Below, in pieces: positions 1 through 8,888 of a stretch of DNA of 46,577 nt. The number at the start of each line of letters is the position of its first letter. Position 1 is the first letter of the stretch. A program made the position numbers and the translations under genes. A model generated the notes under the pieces. It saw only the letters and a list, made by a program, of their open reading frames with translations, made no database searches and was not told where the DNA came from. This stretch comes from Acidobacteriota bacterium (GTDB lineage: Bacteria > Acidobacteriota > UBA6911 > RPQK01 > JBHHYX01): positions 1 through 46,577 of the forward strand of contig JBHHYX010000002.1 of NCBI GenBank assembly GCA_046757765.1, given 5' to 3'.

Positions 1-93
1 ATGGTGTGAAGATGAGATGCCAAAATGTGAAGTTATTCTTGCGCGAGCCCTTAGGTCGAGGAGACGTGGGGTTGGGCAACGCAGCCAGCAGGG
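1..93. repeat. Partial copy of interspersed repeat family A at the window edge
   Basis: nt 3-50 are near-identical (2 mismatches by eye) to 46314-46361. nt 55-93 (gtcgaggag...gggcaacgcagccagc) resemble the core of the copies at 22990-23176 and 27078-27262. Confidence 0.6.
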
Positions 94-159
94 ATGATCC
101 CGGCTCCGCGGTGGACGGCCCATGAGAAGTACGGGATAAGCAGAGGGACCGGGAAAAAC

Positions 160-1164
160 ATGAAATGGAAAAGCGGATGGCTGTTGATGTTCACTTTGAC
201 GGCGGGCGCGGGGACTTCCAGCAGCCCCGCCGGCCCCAGGAAGGATCTCCCTCCGGAGTTTGTTCAACTCCTGCCAAGAGGCGCTATCTCTGCGATAGTG
301 AATCCGAAATTCGTCACCGCCCAGAAAGCGAAGATCCGTCAGGAGTCCTGGGTTCTGGGTGTTGTGGTTGACGGACAGGCGCGCGCCTACAGCCTCAACC
401 TGTTGAATTCACATGAAGTTGTCAACGACAAGGTCAATGACACCTCCTTTGCGGCAGTTTGGTGACCCTTGGCCAACACGGCCGTCGTGTACAGCCGCAG
501 CTACGCGGGGAAGGATCTCAGATTCGAGCCCTCTGGCGGCCTGCTCCATAGCGCTCTGGTGATGCAGGACCAGCAGACCGACACCTACTGGTCGATCATG
601 ACGGGGGATGCGATCGGCGGAAAAATGAAAGGCACGCCTCTCAGGGAACTGCCGGTGGGTGCCAAGGCCCGGTGGGGTGACTGGGTCAAGCGGCACCCTG
701 ACACCCTGGTCCTCTCCGTCAACGGTGAAGAAGACGAATCCTCCAATCCGTATGAACAATACTTCCGATCAGATAAGGGGTTTGGTAACGCCAAGGCCCG
801 GGACAAACGCTTGCGGACGAAGACTCCGGTCTACACTTTTCGCATTGGCAAAAAGACCTATGCCGTCCCCTTCCGAGCGATTGAAGGGGGCGCCGCATTC
901 AAGCTGAAGGAGACCACCGTCTTCCTTTATCGTCCCAAAAACGTTCCCATGTTTCATTCCACGGCGGCTTTTCAGGCCCTGGGCGGAGAGTTCAAAAAAC
1001 GGGACGGAGTATGGTACTACACCCAGAGCGGAGGCCGCTTCGATGCCCGGAGCCAAAGATTCGAGGGTGGAGATTCCGCCCAGCCGCGGCCCCTGAAGGG
1101 ATTCGACACCTTCTGGTATACGTGGAGCCTGACCAATCCCCAAACAGAGATCCTGGGTCGATAG
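160..1164 (+). CDS. DUF3179-family protein containing one in-frame TGA (463-465): candidate selenocysteine protein, alternatively a pseudogene
   Basis: ORFs 94..465 and 469..1164 are in the same frame and are separated only by TGA 463-465. The read-through product ...YSLNLLNSHEVVNDKVNDTSFAAVW-[TGA]-PLANTAVVYSR...DTYWS... is a continuous DUF3179-like sequence. ATG 160 is preceded by GAGGGA and followed by a hydrophobic signal-like segment (WLLMFTLTAGAG). Confidence 0.6.
486..507 (+). promoter_or_regulatory. Candidate SECIS-like hairpin downstream of the in-frame UGA
   Basis: CGUGUA (486-491) pairs with UACGCG (502-507), giving 6 bp including one G-U. The loop is 10 nt and contains G. The stem begins 20 nt after the UGA. 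The hairpin is weak and was not tested with a model. Confidence 0.25.
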
Positions 1165-1207
1165 TTCCCATTTCAAAACTCATAGGCTCTCCAGAGGAAA
1201 GAATGTC

Positions 1208-1666
1208 GTGAAGTTGACCCATTTGGACTCGCGGGGCCGGGCCCGCATGGTTGACATCGGGGAGAAGCCACTGGTCAAGAGATGGGCCAGGGCCGAAGGT
1301 AAGCTGTTTGTCTCGCCCTCGACTCTGGAGCTGGTCGCCAGGGCGGCACTGCCGAAGGGCAATCCCTTCGAGGCAGCGCGCATCGCCGGCATTCAGGCGG
1401 CTAAAGAGACCAGCCGCTTGATTCCCCTCTGCCACACTTTGAGCCTGGACTACGTTGACGTGGAGATCGAGGTGGCTGAGAGCGCCTTTCAGATACGCAG
1501 CAGTGTCGCTTGCCGTTGGGCCACGGGCGTTGAGATGGAGGCGTTGACGGCTGTTACGGTGGCGGCCTTGGCTCTATACGACATGTGCAAGGCGGTCGAC
1601 AAAGGAATGCGGCTGGGAGAAGTCCGGCTGGTGGAGAAAGCCAAAGGCGAAGAGCCCGATAAATGA
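1208..1666 (+). CDS. moaC: Cyclic pyranopterin monophosphate synthase MoaC
   Basis: The 152-aa product carries typical MoaC blocks: MVDIGEKP, KGNPFEAARIAGIQAAKETSRLIPLCH and EMEALTAVTVAALALYDMCKA. The start is GTG. Confidence 0.9.
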   Translation: MKLTHLDSRGRARMVDIGEKPLVKRWARAEGKLFVSPSTLELVARAALPKGNPFEAARIAGIQAAKETSRLIPLCHTLSLDYVDVEIEVAESAFQIRSSVACRWATGVEMEALTAVTVAALALYDMCKAVDKGMRLGEVRLVEKAKGEEPDK

Positions 1667-1689
1667 GCCGGGCGCCGGATCCCCTCAGG

Positions 1690-2070
1690 GGTTGCCGTGG
1701 TTCTTTCTTCCACCACGGACCACACGGAATACACGGAAGGCAACACGAGACGATTCTTTGATTCTGGGCCTTGGGATAAGCGCCGGAGCTGATCGACAGA
1801 CACGGCTTGGAGAAACTCGCACCTGCCTCTCCCACGGGGCAGTTCAATGGCCTCGCCCGCCGCCTCGATAAGCGTTCCTTCTCACACCCTCCCTCTGCCC
1901 CTGTCCGTGTGTTCCGTGGTTCTTTCTTCATCTGAGGGTTCCTCAGTCGACCCGAATTTCTCACGCCCGATCGCAGCAAAGAGCCGGAAGCGCCTCGCTG
2001 ACTGCCCGGCCTCCTGGACGAGCAGCCAGTACGACTGAGGGGGGCGCTCGGGCCGTCTCACTTACGGGAA
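1690..2070. repeat. Nest of repeats and hairpins between moaC and moeA, including a family A fragment
   Basis: A perfect 16-nt direct repeat ccgtggttctttcttc lies at 1695-1710 and 1914-1929. The inverted pair 1713-1728 / 1904-1919 has 1 mismatch. Positions 1947-2000 (cccgaatttctcacgcccgatcgcagcaaagagccggaagcgcc) match the left part of family A copy 27078-27132. Confidence 0.5.
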
Positions 2071-2075
2071 CCGCT

Positions 2076-3314
2076 TCACTCGGGTTGGATTGGAAATCCT
2101 CGACAATGAGGGCCTCCACGGCTTTCCATCAGCACCACGTCGACTCCGCTCCCGGCGGGCAGAAAATCAGCCTCGGCGGGGAAAAGCATCAAGGAGTCCG
2201 CCCCGGAGAACGCCACCAGATCGGCTGAGCCTTTTGTCTCAAGCGGTTGCACGCTGAAGCCCCGGGGCGTCGACACGGTTCGAGCCGGCTTGAAGAAGAG
2301 GCGTCCCGATTTCTTGCGGGCATCGAGTGCCAGTCGCCCCCTCACCATCGGTGGAAACAACTCTGTGAAACCCATCCATTTGCGAACAGCCGGTTTGACG
2401 AAGACTTCAAAAGTCACGAAGGAAGAGACCGGGTTACCGGGCAGTCCGAAGACCATGTGGTTTCCTCGCCGCCCTACAATCAGGGGTTTTCCGGGTTTGA
2501 TGGCGACCTTGTGAAAGAAGACTTCGACTCCCTCCTCCCGCAGCACCCGGTGGACGTAGTCAAACTCACCCATCGAGACGCCGCCGGAGAGGATCAGGAG
2601 ATCCTTTTCGAGACCATGAGCCACCGCTTCCCTGATCAACTTCCGGTCATCGATCACCGGGGGAAGGATAGAGGCATCCAGACCCGCAGCCGAGCACTGC
2701 GCCCACAGCATTGAGGCATTCGAGTTGCGGATTTGTCCGCAATCGGGAGTCTGATCGATGTCGACCAGTTCGTTGCCTGTCGAGACAATGGCTACGGAAG
2801 GACTCTTGAAAACCGGTACCGCGGTGGCGCCAAAGGTGGCCAGCACGGCAATCTCGGGGGGACCAATGACTCTCCCCGACGCCAGCACCACACTCCCATG
2901 GCGCACTTCCGTCCCCCGGCGTGATATATTCTCTCCCAGGGACACCGCCTCAAGAATATCAACTCGGGTACCGGAGCGGCGTGTTTTCTCGACTCTCTGT
3001 ACTGCATCGGCGCCAGGGGGAACTGGCGCCCCGGTCATGATCTGAAAGGCTTGGCCGGAGTTCAACTGGGGTGGACTGGAGTGCCCTGCGGCCACTACAC
3101 CGACCACTTCGAGGGAAGCTGGAATGGTCGCAAGGTCGGCCTGCCGTAAGGCATACCCGTCCATGCAGGACCTGTCGAAGGGGGGCAGATCAAGATCGGC
3201 CGGAACAGGTGAGGCCAGAACCTTGTACAGACTTTCCAGCAGGGGCACCTGGATGACTGTCGGCTCCGGAATTTTTTTCAGCAGCCTGGCCAGCGCCTCT
3301 GGGTAGGAAAGCAT
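2076..3314 (-). CDS. moeA: Molybdopterin molybdenumtransferase MoeA
   Basis: The 412-aa product has the MoeA layout: N-terminal block (RSCMDGYALR), central MoCF-binding domain (VAIVSTGNEL...ILSGGVSMGEFDY) and C-terminal domain (KPGKPLIVG...LPGNPVSS). Confidence 0.9.
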   Translation of the reverse strand: MLSYPEALARLLKKIPEPTVIQVPLLESLYKVLASPVPADLDLPPFDRSCMDGYALRQADLATIPASLEVVGVVAAGHSSPPQLNSGQAFQIMTGAPVPPGADAVQRVEKTRRSGTRVDILEAVSLGENISRRGTEVRHGSVVLASGRVIGPPEIAVLATFGATAVPVFKSPSVAIVSTGNELVDIDQTPDCGQIRNSNASMLWAQCSAAGLDASILPPVIDDRKLIREAVAHGLEKDLLILSGGVSMGEFDYVHRVLREEGVEVFFHKVAIKPGKPLIVGRRGNHMVFGLPGNPVSSFVTFEVFVKPAVRKWMGFTELFPPMVRGRLALDARKKSGRLFFKPARTVSTPRGFSVQPLETKGSADLVAFSGADSLMLFPAEADFLPAGSGVDVVLMESRGGPHCRGFPIQPE

Positions 3315-3498
3315 CTTTCGATTATCTCACGAAAGGGAGAAGAACTCTTCCGGTCGGTTGGCACCGCCCCGCGGGGCAACCGCTCCCGCGTTGATCGCCT
3401 TGAATTCGATGAGCGAGTGGGGAGTGAATAGACGAAGGGGGTCAACGTAATGAATCTTGCCAAGCTCGAAACTTTCCAAGCTGTTGGAGCGTAGTAAA

Positions 3499-4947
3499 AT
3501 GCAAAACATGGGGCCAAAAAAGAAGCTCATTATTTCGGCGTTGGTTGTGGTCGGTCTGGTGGCGGTTATTGCCATCAGCGTCAATGCCAGAAGGAAGGAC
3601 CTGATCCCGGTTCAAACCGGTCACGTGAAGCGAGTGGCTCAGCTCATCTCCAAGGTCAATGCACCTGGAGAGATTCAGCCGAGGGAGTTCGTGGAGCTTC
3701 AGGCCGAGATCAGTGGTGTGATTACGCGGCTTTACGTGAAAGAGGGCGACTTTGTCAGTAAGGGCGACCTGCTGCTCAGAATCGACCCCACCCAGACCGA
3801 AGCCGAAACCCGGGCCCAGCAAGCCGTGCTGGCAGCGACCGTGATCGATGCCGCCAATCAGAAAGCTCAGATCAGCCTGCAGAAGACCAATGTGGCTCGC
3901 GAAGAGGCGAACGTTCTCGTGGCTGAGGCTGAACTGAGGCGCGCCAGGCAGGCACTGGATTTGAGCGGCAACAATTTCAATCGGAAGCAGGCCCTGTTTG
4001 AAGAGAATCTGATCTCCAGAGACCTCTATGAAGCCGCCAAGAACGATCGAGTGGCGGCTGAATCGGCGGTGGATTCCGCCGAGGCTCGGCTGCAACAGGC
4101 CAAAGCTCAGCTGGCAGTGTCCAAAATGGTCCTGGCCCAGAACAAGAATTCCTACCAGAGTGCCCTCAGTCGCGTGAAGCAGAACCGTGCAGTGCTGGCG
4201 CGCGTGCAGGACTCTCTCTCCAAGACGATCATCCGCTCCCCTTTGAGCGGCGTCATCACTCAGCTGAACGTCGAAGTCGGCGAACGCGCCGTCCCGGGAA
4301 CCCTCAACAACCCGGCTGCCACCATCATGGTCATTGCCAATCTTTCCGTCATCGAGGCGGAGATCGAAGTGGATGAAACCGATATCGTCAATGTCCGTCT
4401 GGGACAGCAGGCGGTGGTCAACGTGGATGCCCTTCCCGACCGGCCGCTTCGGGGCAAGGTGACTGAAATCGGCAACTCGGCCATTCAAAAGCCCGGGCAG
4501 TCCCAGGAAGCTAAAGATTTCAAGGTGGCGGTTCGACTCGAGGACCCGCCCTCGAGCCTGCGGCCGGGTCTCAGTTGCACCGCGGACATCACGACGGCCA
4601 TCCGGGACAATGTTCTCACCATCCCCATCCAGGCCCTGGCGGTTCGAGAGTTTGAGGTCGATGTCGAGGGAAACCCCATCAGGCCCGATCCCAAGAATAG
4701 GGAGGAGGACAAGGGTGACCTGGACAGGAAGACGAAGCGCGACAGGAAGGAATTCGAGGGGGTCTTCGTGGTGGTCAAGAAGAAAGCGCATTTCGTGCCC
4801 ATCAGCACCGGTATCACGGGAGAGACCGAGGTGGAAGTGGCTTCAGGACTGGAAGAATCAGCCTTGATCGTGACCGGAAGCTATAAGGCTCTCCGAACCC
4901 TGAAAGACGGTGATCCGGTCAAAGTAGTGAACCGGGAAAGGGGTTAG
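3499..4947 (+). CDS. HlyD/MacA-family efflux periplasmic adaptor subunit
   Basis: It has an N-terminal membrane anchor ([16 protein letters not shown]), long coiled-coil segments, the lipoyl/beta-barrel block [18 protein letters not shown], and GGAG 9 nt upstream of ATG 3499. The ORF is open from 3457. Confidence 0.85.
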   Translation: MQNMGPKKKLIISALVVVGLVAVIAISVNARRKDLIPVQTGHVKRVAQLISKVNAPGEIQPREFVELQAEISGVITRLYVKEGDFVSKGDLLLRIDPTQTEAETRAQQAVLAATVIDAANQKAQISLQKTNVAREEANVLVAEAELRRARQALDLSGNNFNRKQALFEENLISRDLYEAAKNDRVAAESAVDSAEARLQQAKAQLAVSKMVLAQNKNSYQSALSRVKQNRAVLARVQDSLSKTIIRSPLSGVITQLNVEVGERAVPGTLNNPAATIMVIANLSVIEAEIEVDETDIVNVRLGQQAVVNVDALPDRPLRGKVTEIGNSAIQKPGQSQEAKDFKVAVRLEDPPSSLRPGLSCTADITTAIRDNVLTIPIQALAVREFEVDVEGNPIRPDPKNREEDKGDLDRKTKRDRKEFEGVFVVVKKKAHFVPISTGITGETEVEVASGLEESALIVTGSYKALRTLKDGDPVKVVNRERG

Positions 4948-4949
4948 CC

Positions 4950-5660
4950 TTGGAAGAGCCGCTCATTCGCACAATCGAACTGTGGAAGACCTACCAGATG
5001 GGCTCCGAAGCGATCCATGCGCTGCATAACGTGAGCTTCGACATATACCGCAATGAGTATATCGCGATCATGGGCCCTTCGGGATCAGGCAAATCGACTC
5101 TGATGAATCTGATTGGTTGCCTGGACACGGCCACCCAGGGTGAATACTACCTGAACGGGAAACTTGTCAGCGACATGGAGGATGACGAGTTGGCCTACAT
5201 TCGAAATCAGGAAATCGGATTTGTCTTTCAGACTTTCAACTTGCTGGCTCGAGCTTCCGCCCTCCAGAACGTCGAATTGCCCTTGATCTACGCGGGCATT
5301 CCGGCCGGAGAACGGCGCCGGCTGGCCCGAAGGGCGCTGGAGATGGTGGAATTGGGCGACCGCATCACGCACCGTCCCAATGAACTCTCAGGCGGCCAGC
5401 GCCAGCGCGTCGCGATAGCCCGCGCCCTGGTCAATCAGCCTTCCATCATTCTGGCTGACGAGCCCACAGGCAATCTGGACTCCAGAACCGGGGACGAAAT
5501 CATGGCCTTGATTGAGAAACTCCACGGCGAGGGCAACACGGTTGTTCTGGTGACCCATGAAGCGACCATCGCCGAGCATGCCGATCGAGTGATTCATCTG
5601 CGTGACGGCAGGATTGAGCGTGACGAGTCTCTCCGGCAATCCCGCGTTGCCCCCGCCTGA
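4950..5660 (+). CDS. ABC transporter ATP-binding protein (MacB/LolD type)
   Basis: Walker [10 protein letters not shown], signature [15 protein letters not shown], Walker [13 protein letters not shown] and H-loop VTHE are present. The start is TTG, 2 nt after the adaptor gene. Confidence 0.9.
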   Translation: MEEPLIRTIELWKTYQMGSEAIHALHNVSFDIYRNEYIAIMGPSGSGKSTLMNLIGCLDTATQGEYYLNGKLVSDMEDDELAYIRNQEIGFVFQTFNLLARASALQNVELPLIYAGIPAGERRRLARRALEMVELGDRITHRPNELSGGQRQRVAIARALVNQPSIILADEPTGNLDSRTGDEIMALIEKLHGEGNTVVLVTHEATIAEHADRVIHLRDGRIERDESLRQSRVAPA

Positions 5661-6012
5661 GCCACCGTGAACAGCACCCTCAGTCCGCCGCGACAGGAGA
5701 GCCGCGAAATCCCACTCCAGCCCCGGGTCAAGTGACAATCGTATCCTTTCTGACGAACCAGGAAGACGTGTACAGCTTCGATATCACCCGCGTCGACACC
5801 GGGTCGGGCGCCCAGTGGCAAACAGTGCTTCGACTTGAGGTCGTCTTTCTCATCTCTGCCCTGGCCGAGAACGGCCCAAATGGCGCTTGCACGCCTTCCG
5901 AGGATCCCCCACACCCCTCATAGCCGGCCACCCGCCTCTCGACCGGAAGCGTGGCAGTCTCCGACTCCGTTCTTCCGGACCTGAGCCAAGCCTGTGGTAA
6001 ATTGACTTCTCC

Positions 6013-7263
6013 ATGATTGTCGTAAACGCAGCATCGCAGATGGTGGCCCTGGGGGCGGTCCTGGTTGTACAGACTCTTTACATGATCGTGGTCGCCCGCG
6101 TCCTGGGTCCGGAGGACTTTGGACGCTTTTCCTTCGCCTGGACAATTGCCCAGATCTTGTTGATCGGCGGGGACCTGGGTCTGCACAATACGGCCTTGCG
6201 CAAGATCTCCACTCATCCCGAGCGCTCGGCAGCTTTCTGCAAGACCTTCTTTGGGCTGAAAATGGCGCTGAGCGCGATCCTTTTTCTGATCGCGGTCCTC
6301 ATCTCTCTGGTCATCCGGGAAACGCTCGAAACGCGGATCGCGCTGCTGCTCTTTGGAGCGGGAATGTTCTTCCATTCCCTCAGCCTGGCCATCAACATCG
6401 TCTTTCAGTCTCACGGCAAGCTCTACTGGGCCAGCTTGAATGTCCTGACCCTCTTCCTGGCCCAGTTCCTGTTTGGGATTCTCCTTCTCTGGTGGGGTGC
6501 TCGCCTGATAGGTCTGGGAGTGGCCTATCTGTCGGCCGCCTGTTTGAGTCTGGCTCTCAACACTTTCATTTTCCAAAGGACAATCCACCCTCTGCGCCTG
6601 GAGCGAACGGCAACCTGGAGAAGATTCGCAAAGGAGTCGTTTCCCGTGGGTTTGGGGACCCTGTTCCACACCGTCTCCGCACGTGTGGGTGTGGCTCTGC
6701 TGACCTTGTTATCCGGTCCTTACCAGGCGGGTATCTTCGCCGCCGCCAACAGGATCACGTTGTCGATGTCGAATGTGCCCATCGGTATCTTCAGCGCCAT
6801 CTTGCCGGTGATGGCTTCCCATCAAACCGACCGGGCACCGGTGAAGCGGCTGTTTCGTAAGTCTTTGACAGTGATGATCGGCATCTCGGTTGTGCTTTCG
6901 ATCGGGTTCTTCCTCCTGGCCGAGCCATTGGTTCAATTTCTATACGGCCCGGCCTACCAGCTTTCTGTGGGCAACCTGCAGGTTCTCACCTGGTGTCTGA
7001 TACCCGTTTTTGTGGGAATGTCCTTCAGCCACGTGATTCTCAGTCAGAGCCGCCTGGTGGCGAGACTACCGGTGGTGACGGGTGCGGCCATGGTGGCAAA
7101 TCTGGGCGCCAATTCGGTGCTGATTCCCTGGATGGGGAGCCGGGGCGCTGCTTTCAGCGTCCTTCTCACCGAGACGGTTCTGGCGGTTGGATACGCCCTG
7201 GCGGTCAGAAGTTTTCTCTTTTCGCCCGTCTCTCCTCGCCCCCCCACCTCCGGCCACTCTTAG
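6013..7263 (+). CDS. Polysaccharide biosynthesis / Wzx-like (MOP superfamily) flippase
   Basis: The 416-aa product is strongly hydrophobic with about 12 helices. Its N-terminal [13 protein letters not shown] block is typical of oligosaccharide flippase family proteins. Confidence 0.7.
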   Translation: MIVVNAASQMVALGAVLVVQTLYMIVVARVLGPEDFGRFSFAWTIAQILLIGGDLGLHNTALRKISTHPERSAAFCKTFFGLKMALSAILFLIAVLISLVIRETLETRIALLLFGAGMFFHSLSLAINIVFQSHGKLYWASLNVLTLFLAQFLFGILLLWWGARLIGLGVAYLSAACLSLALNTFIFQRTIHPLRLERTATWRRFAKESFPVGLGTLFHTVSARVGVALLTLLSGPYQAGIFAAANRITLSMSNVPIGIFSAILPVMASHQTDRAPVKRLFRKSLTVMIGISVVLSIGFFLLAEPLVQFLYGPAYQLSVGNLQVLTWCLIPVFVGMSFSHVILSQSRLVARLPVVTGAAMVANLGANSVLIPWMGSRGAAFSVLLTETVLAVGYALAVRSFLFSPVSPRPPTSGHS

Positions 7264-7387
7264 AGTCTCTGGGACTCCGACCCGCGTGGTCCCGTTTTCA
7301 ACTATAATCTTCGGAGAGAGGGCAGAGTTTGATAAGCTGACCCTCTGCCGTTTGACAAAACAACATCTTGGAAAGGAGAGTACAGCC

Positions 7388-8251
7388 ATGAGCGACATCA
7401 GCAGCCGTGGGTACGCGAACCCCGGAGTACTGGTTTCTACCGATTGGGTTGCCGCCCATCAGAGTGACTCCAACGTCCGCATAGTCGAGTCCAATGAAGA
7501 TCCTTTGCTTTACAGTTCGGGACACATCCCAGGGTCGGTCGAGGTTGACTGGGCGCGCGACTTGAATCATCCGATTCGCAGAGACTACCTGGACCCGGAG
7601 GCCTTCCAGCGCCTCGTCACTCGGTTGGGAATCTCCCCCGACACCACCATCGTGTTCTATGGGGACAAAAATAACTGGTGGGCCACCTACGCCTTTTGGG
7701 TCTTTCAGCTCTATGGCCACACTCAGGCGCGAGTCATGGATGGTGGGCGCTTGAAGTGGGAAAAGGAAGGCCGCGAAATGACACGGGACGTGCCCTCTTA
7801 TCCAGAGAGTCAATACTCATCGCCTGAACGCGACGACTCCAGAATCCGTGTTTTTCGCGACCAGGTTCGGGAGCATGTTGAGGCGAGGTTACCTCTGGTG
7901 GATGTGCGTAGCCCCGAGGAATACAGCGGCGAGCGGCTGCACATGCCAGACTACCCCAACGAGGGCGCCTTGAGAGGGGGGCACATTCCGCGAGCTGCAA
8001 ATATCCCCTGGGCCCGAGCCGTGAATCCGGAGGACGGCACCTTCAAGACCGCGGCAGATCTCAAAGCCATCTATAGCGAGGAAAACGGGCTGAAGCCCGA
8101 CGATGATGTGGTGGTTTACTGCCGCATCGGCGAGCGAAGCAGCCACACCTGGTTCGTTCTGAGTTACTTGCTGGGATTTGATCGCGTCCGCAACTACGAT
8201 GGCAGCTGGACCGAATGGGGCAACTTGGTCAACGTCCCCGTTGAGCGGTAG
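7388..8251 (+). CDS. sseA: Thiosulfate/3-mercaptopyruvate sulfurtransferase (tandem rhodanese)
   Basis: It has two rhodanese domains and the active-site loop [19 protein letters not shown] lies upstream of ATG 7388. The ORF is open from 7187. Confidence 0.9.
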   Translation: MSDISSRGYANPGVLVSTDWVAAHQSDSNVRIVESNEDPLLYSSGHIPGSVEVDWARDLNHPIRRDYLDPEAFQRLVTRLGISPDTTIVFYGDKNNWWATYAFWVFQLYGHTQARVMDGGRLKWEKEGREMTRDVPSYPESQYSSPERDDSRIRVFRDQVREHVEARLPLVDVRSPEEYSGERLHMPDYPNEGALRGGHIPRAANIPWARAVNPEDGTFKTAADLKAIYSEENGLKPDDDVVVYCRIGERSSHTWFVLSYLLGFDRVRNYDGSWTEWGNLVNVPVER

Positions 8252-8263
8252 TGAGCAGAACAA

Positions 8264-8728
8264 ATGGCCGAGTACCCCGCCAAGCTTGAGAGGATTCTGG
8301 AGAACTTCCGACTCCTCCAGGATCGGTCGCAGCGGATCGAAGTCTTGATCAGCATGGCGGATCGTTTCAAGACGGTCCCCGGTCACATTGCCGAGCGCCC
8401 TTTTCCGGAAGAGAACCGCGTAAAAAGTTGTGAATCCGAAGCTTACGTTTTCACGGAAGAACTGCCGGATCACACGCTTCGGTTCCATTTCGCGGTGGAA
8501 AACCCACAGGGTATTTCGGCCATGGCGATTGCTGTACTTCTGGACAGAGGACTGTCGGGTCAGCCCCTGGACCAGGTTGCCAAAGTTCCATACGACATCG
8601 TTTTCGAGATCTTCGGGAACGAACTGTCGACAGGCAAGGGGCTTGGTCTGACGGGAATTGTGTCTATGGTTCAGCATGCCGCCAAGCGTCAGGCCTCCGA
8701 GCTTCAATCAGTCCCGCATCCGTCGTGA
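8264..8728 (+). CDS. sufE: SufE-like sulfur acceptor protein
   Basis: The product is of SufE-domain size and carries the conserved Cys context VKSCESEAYVF. The gene follows the rhodanese gene directly. Confidence 0.8.
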   Translation: MAEYPAKLERILENFRLLQDRSQRIEVLISMADRFKTVPGHIAERPFPEENRVKSCESEAYVFTEELPDHTLRFHFAVENPQGISAMAIAVLLDRGLSGQPLDQVAKVPYDIVFEIFGNELSTGKGLGLTGIVSMVQHAAKRQASELQSVPHPS

Positions 8729-8888
8729 GGCGCCGAGATCGATGTTCTGAAAAGTTTTGCGTGGAAGGCCTCACCACTTCCTACCGGGCACTAGCGGACA
8801 GTACGCCGGGCGGGCGTCGGGCAACCTGAACAGAGGAGTTCGGCGTCGCCGACAGACACTTCCCGGGTAAGTTTTCAGCGGAAAGTCC

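Noticed and set aside
463-465. Genome-wide reassignment of TGA (to Trp or Gly) as the explanation for the in-frame TGA
   Set aside because: TGA terminates several well-supported genes in this same window at positions matching normal protein ends (moaC, the ABC ATPase, zwf, opcA, the symporter). A global code change does not fit.
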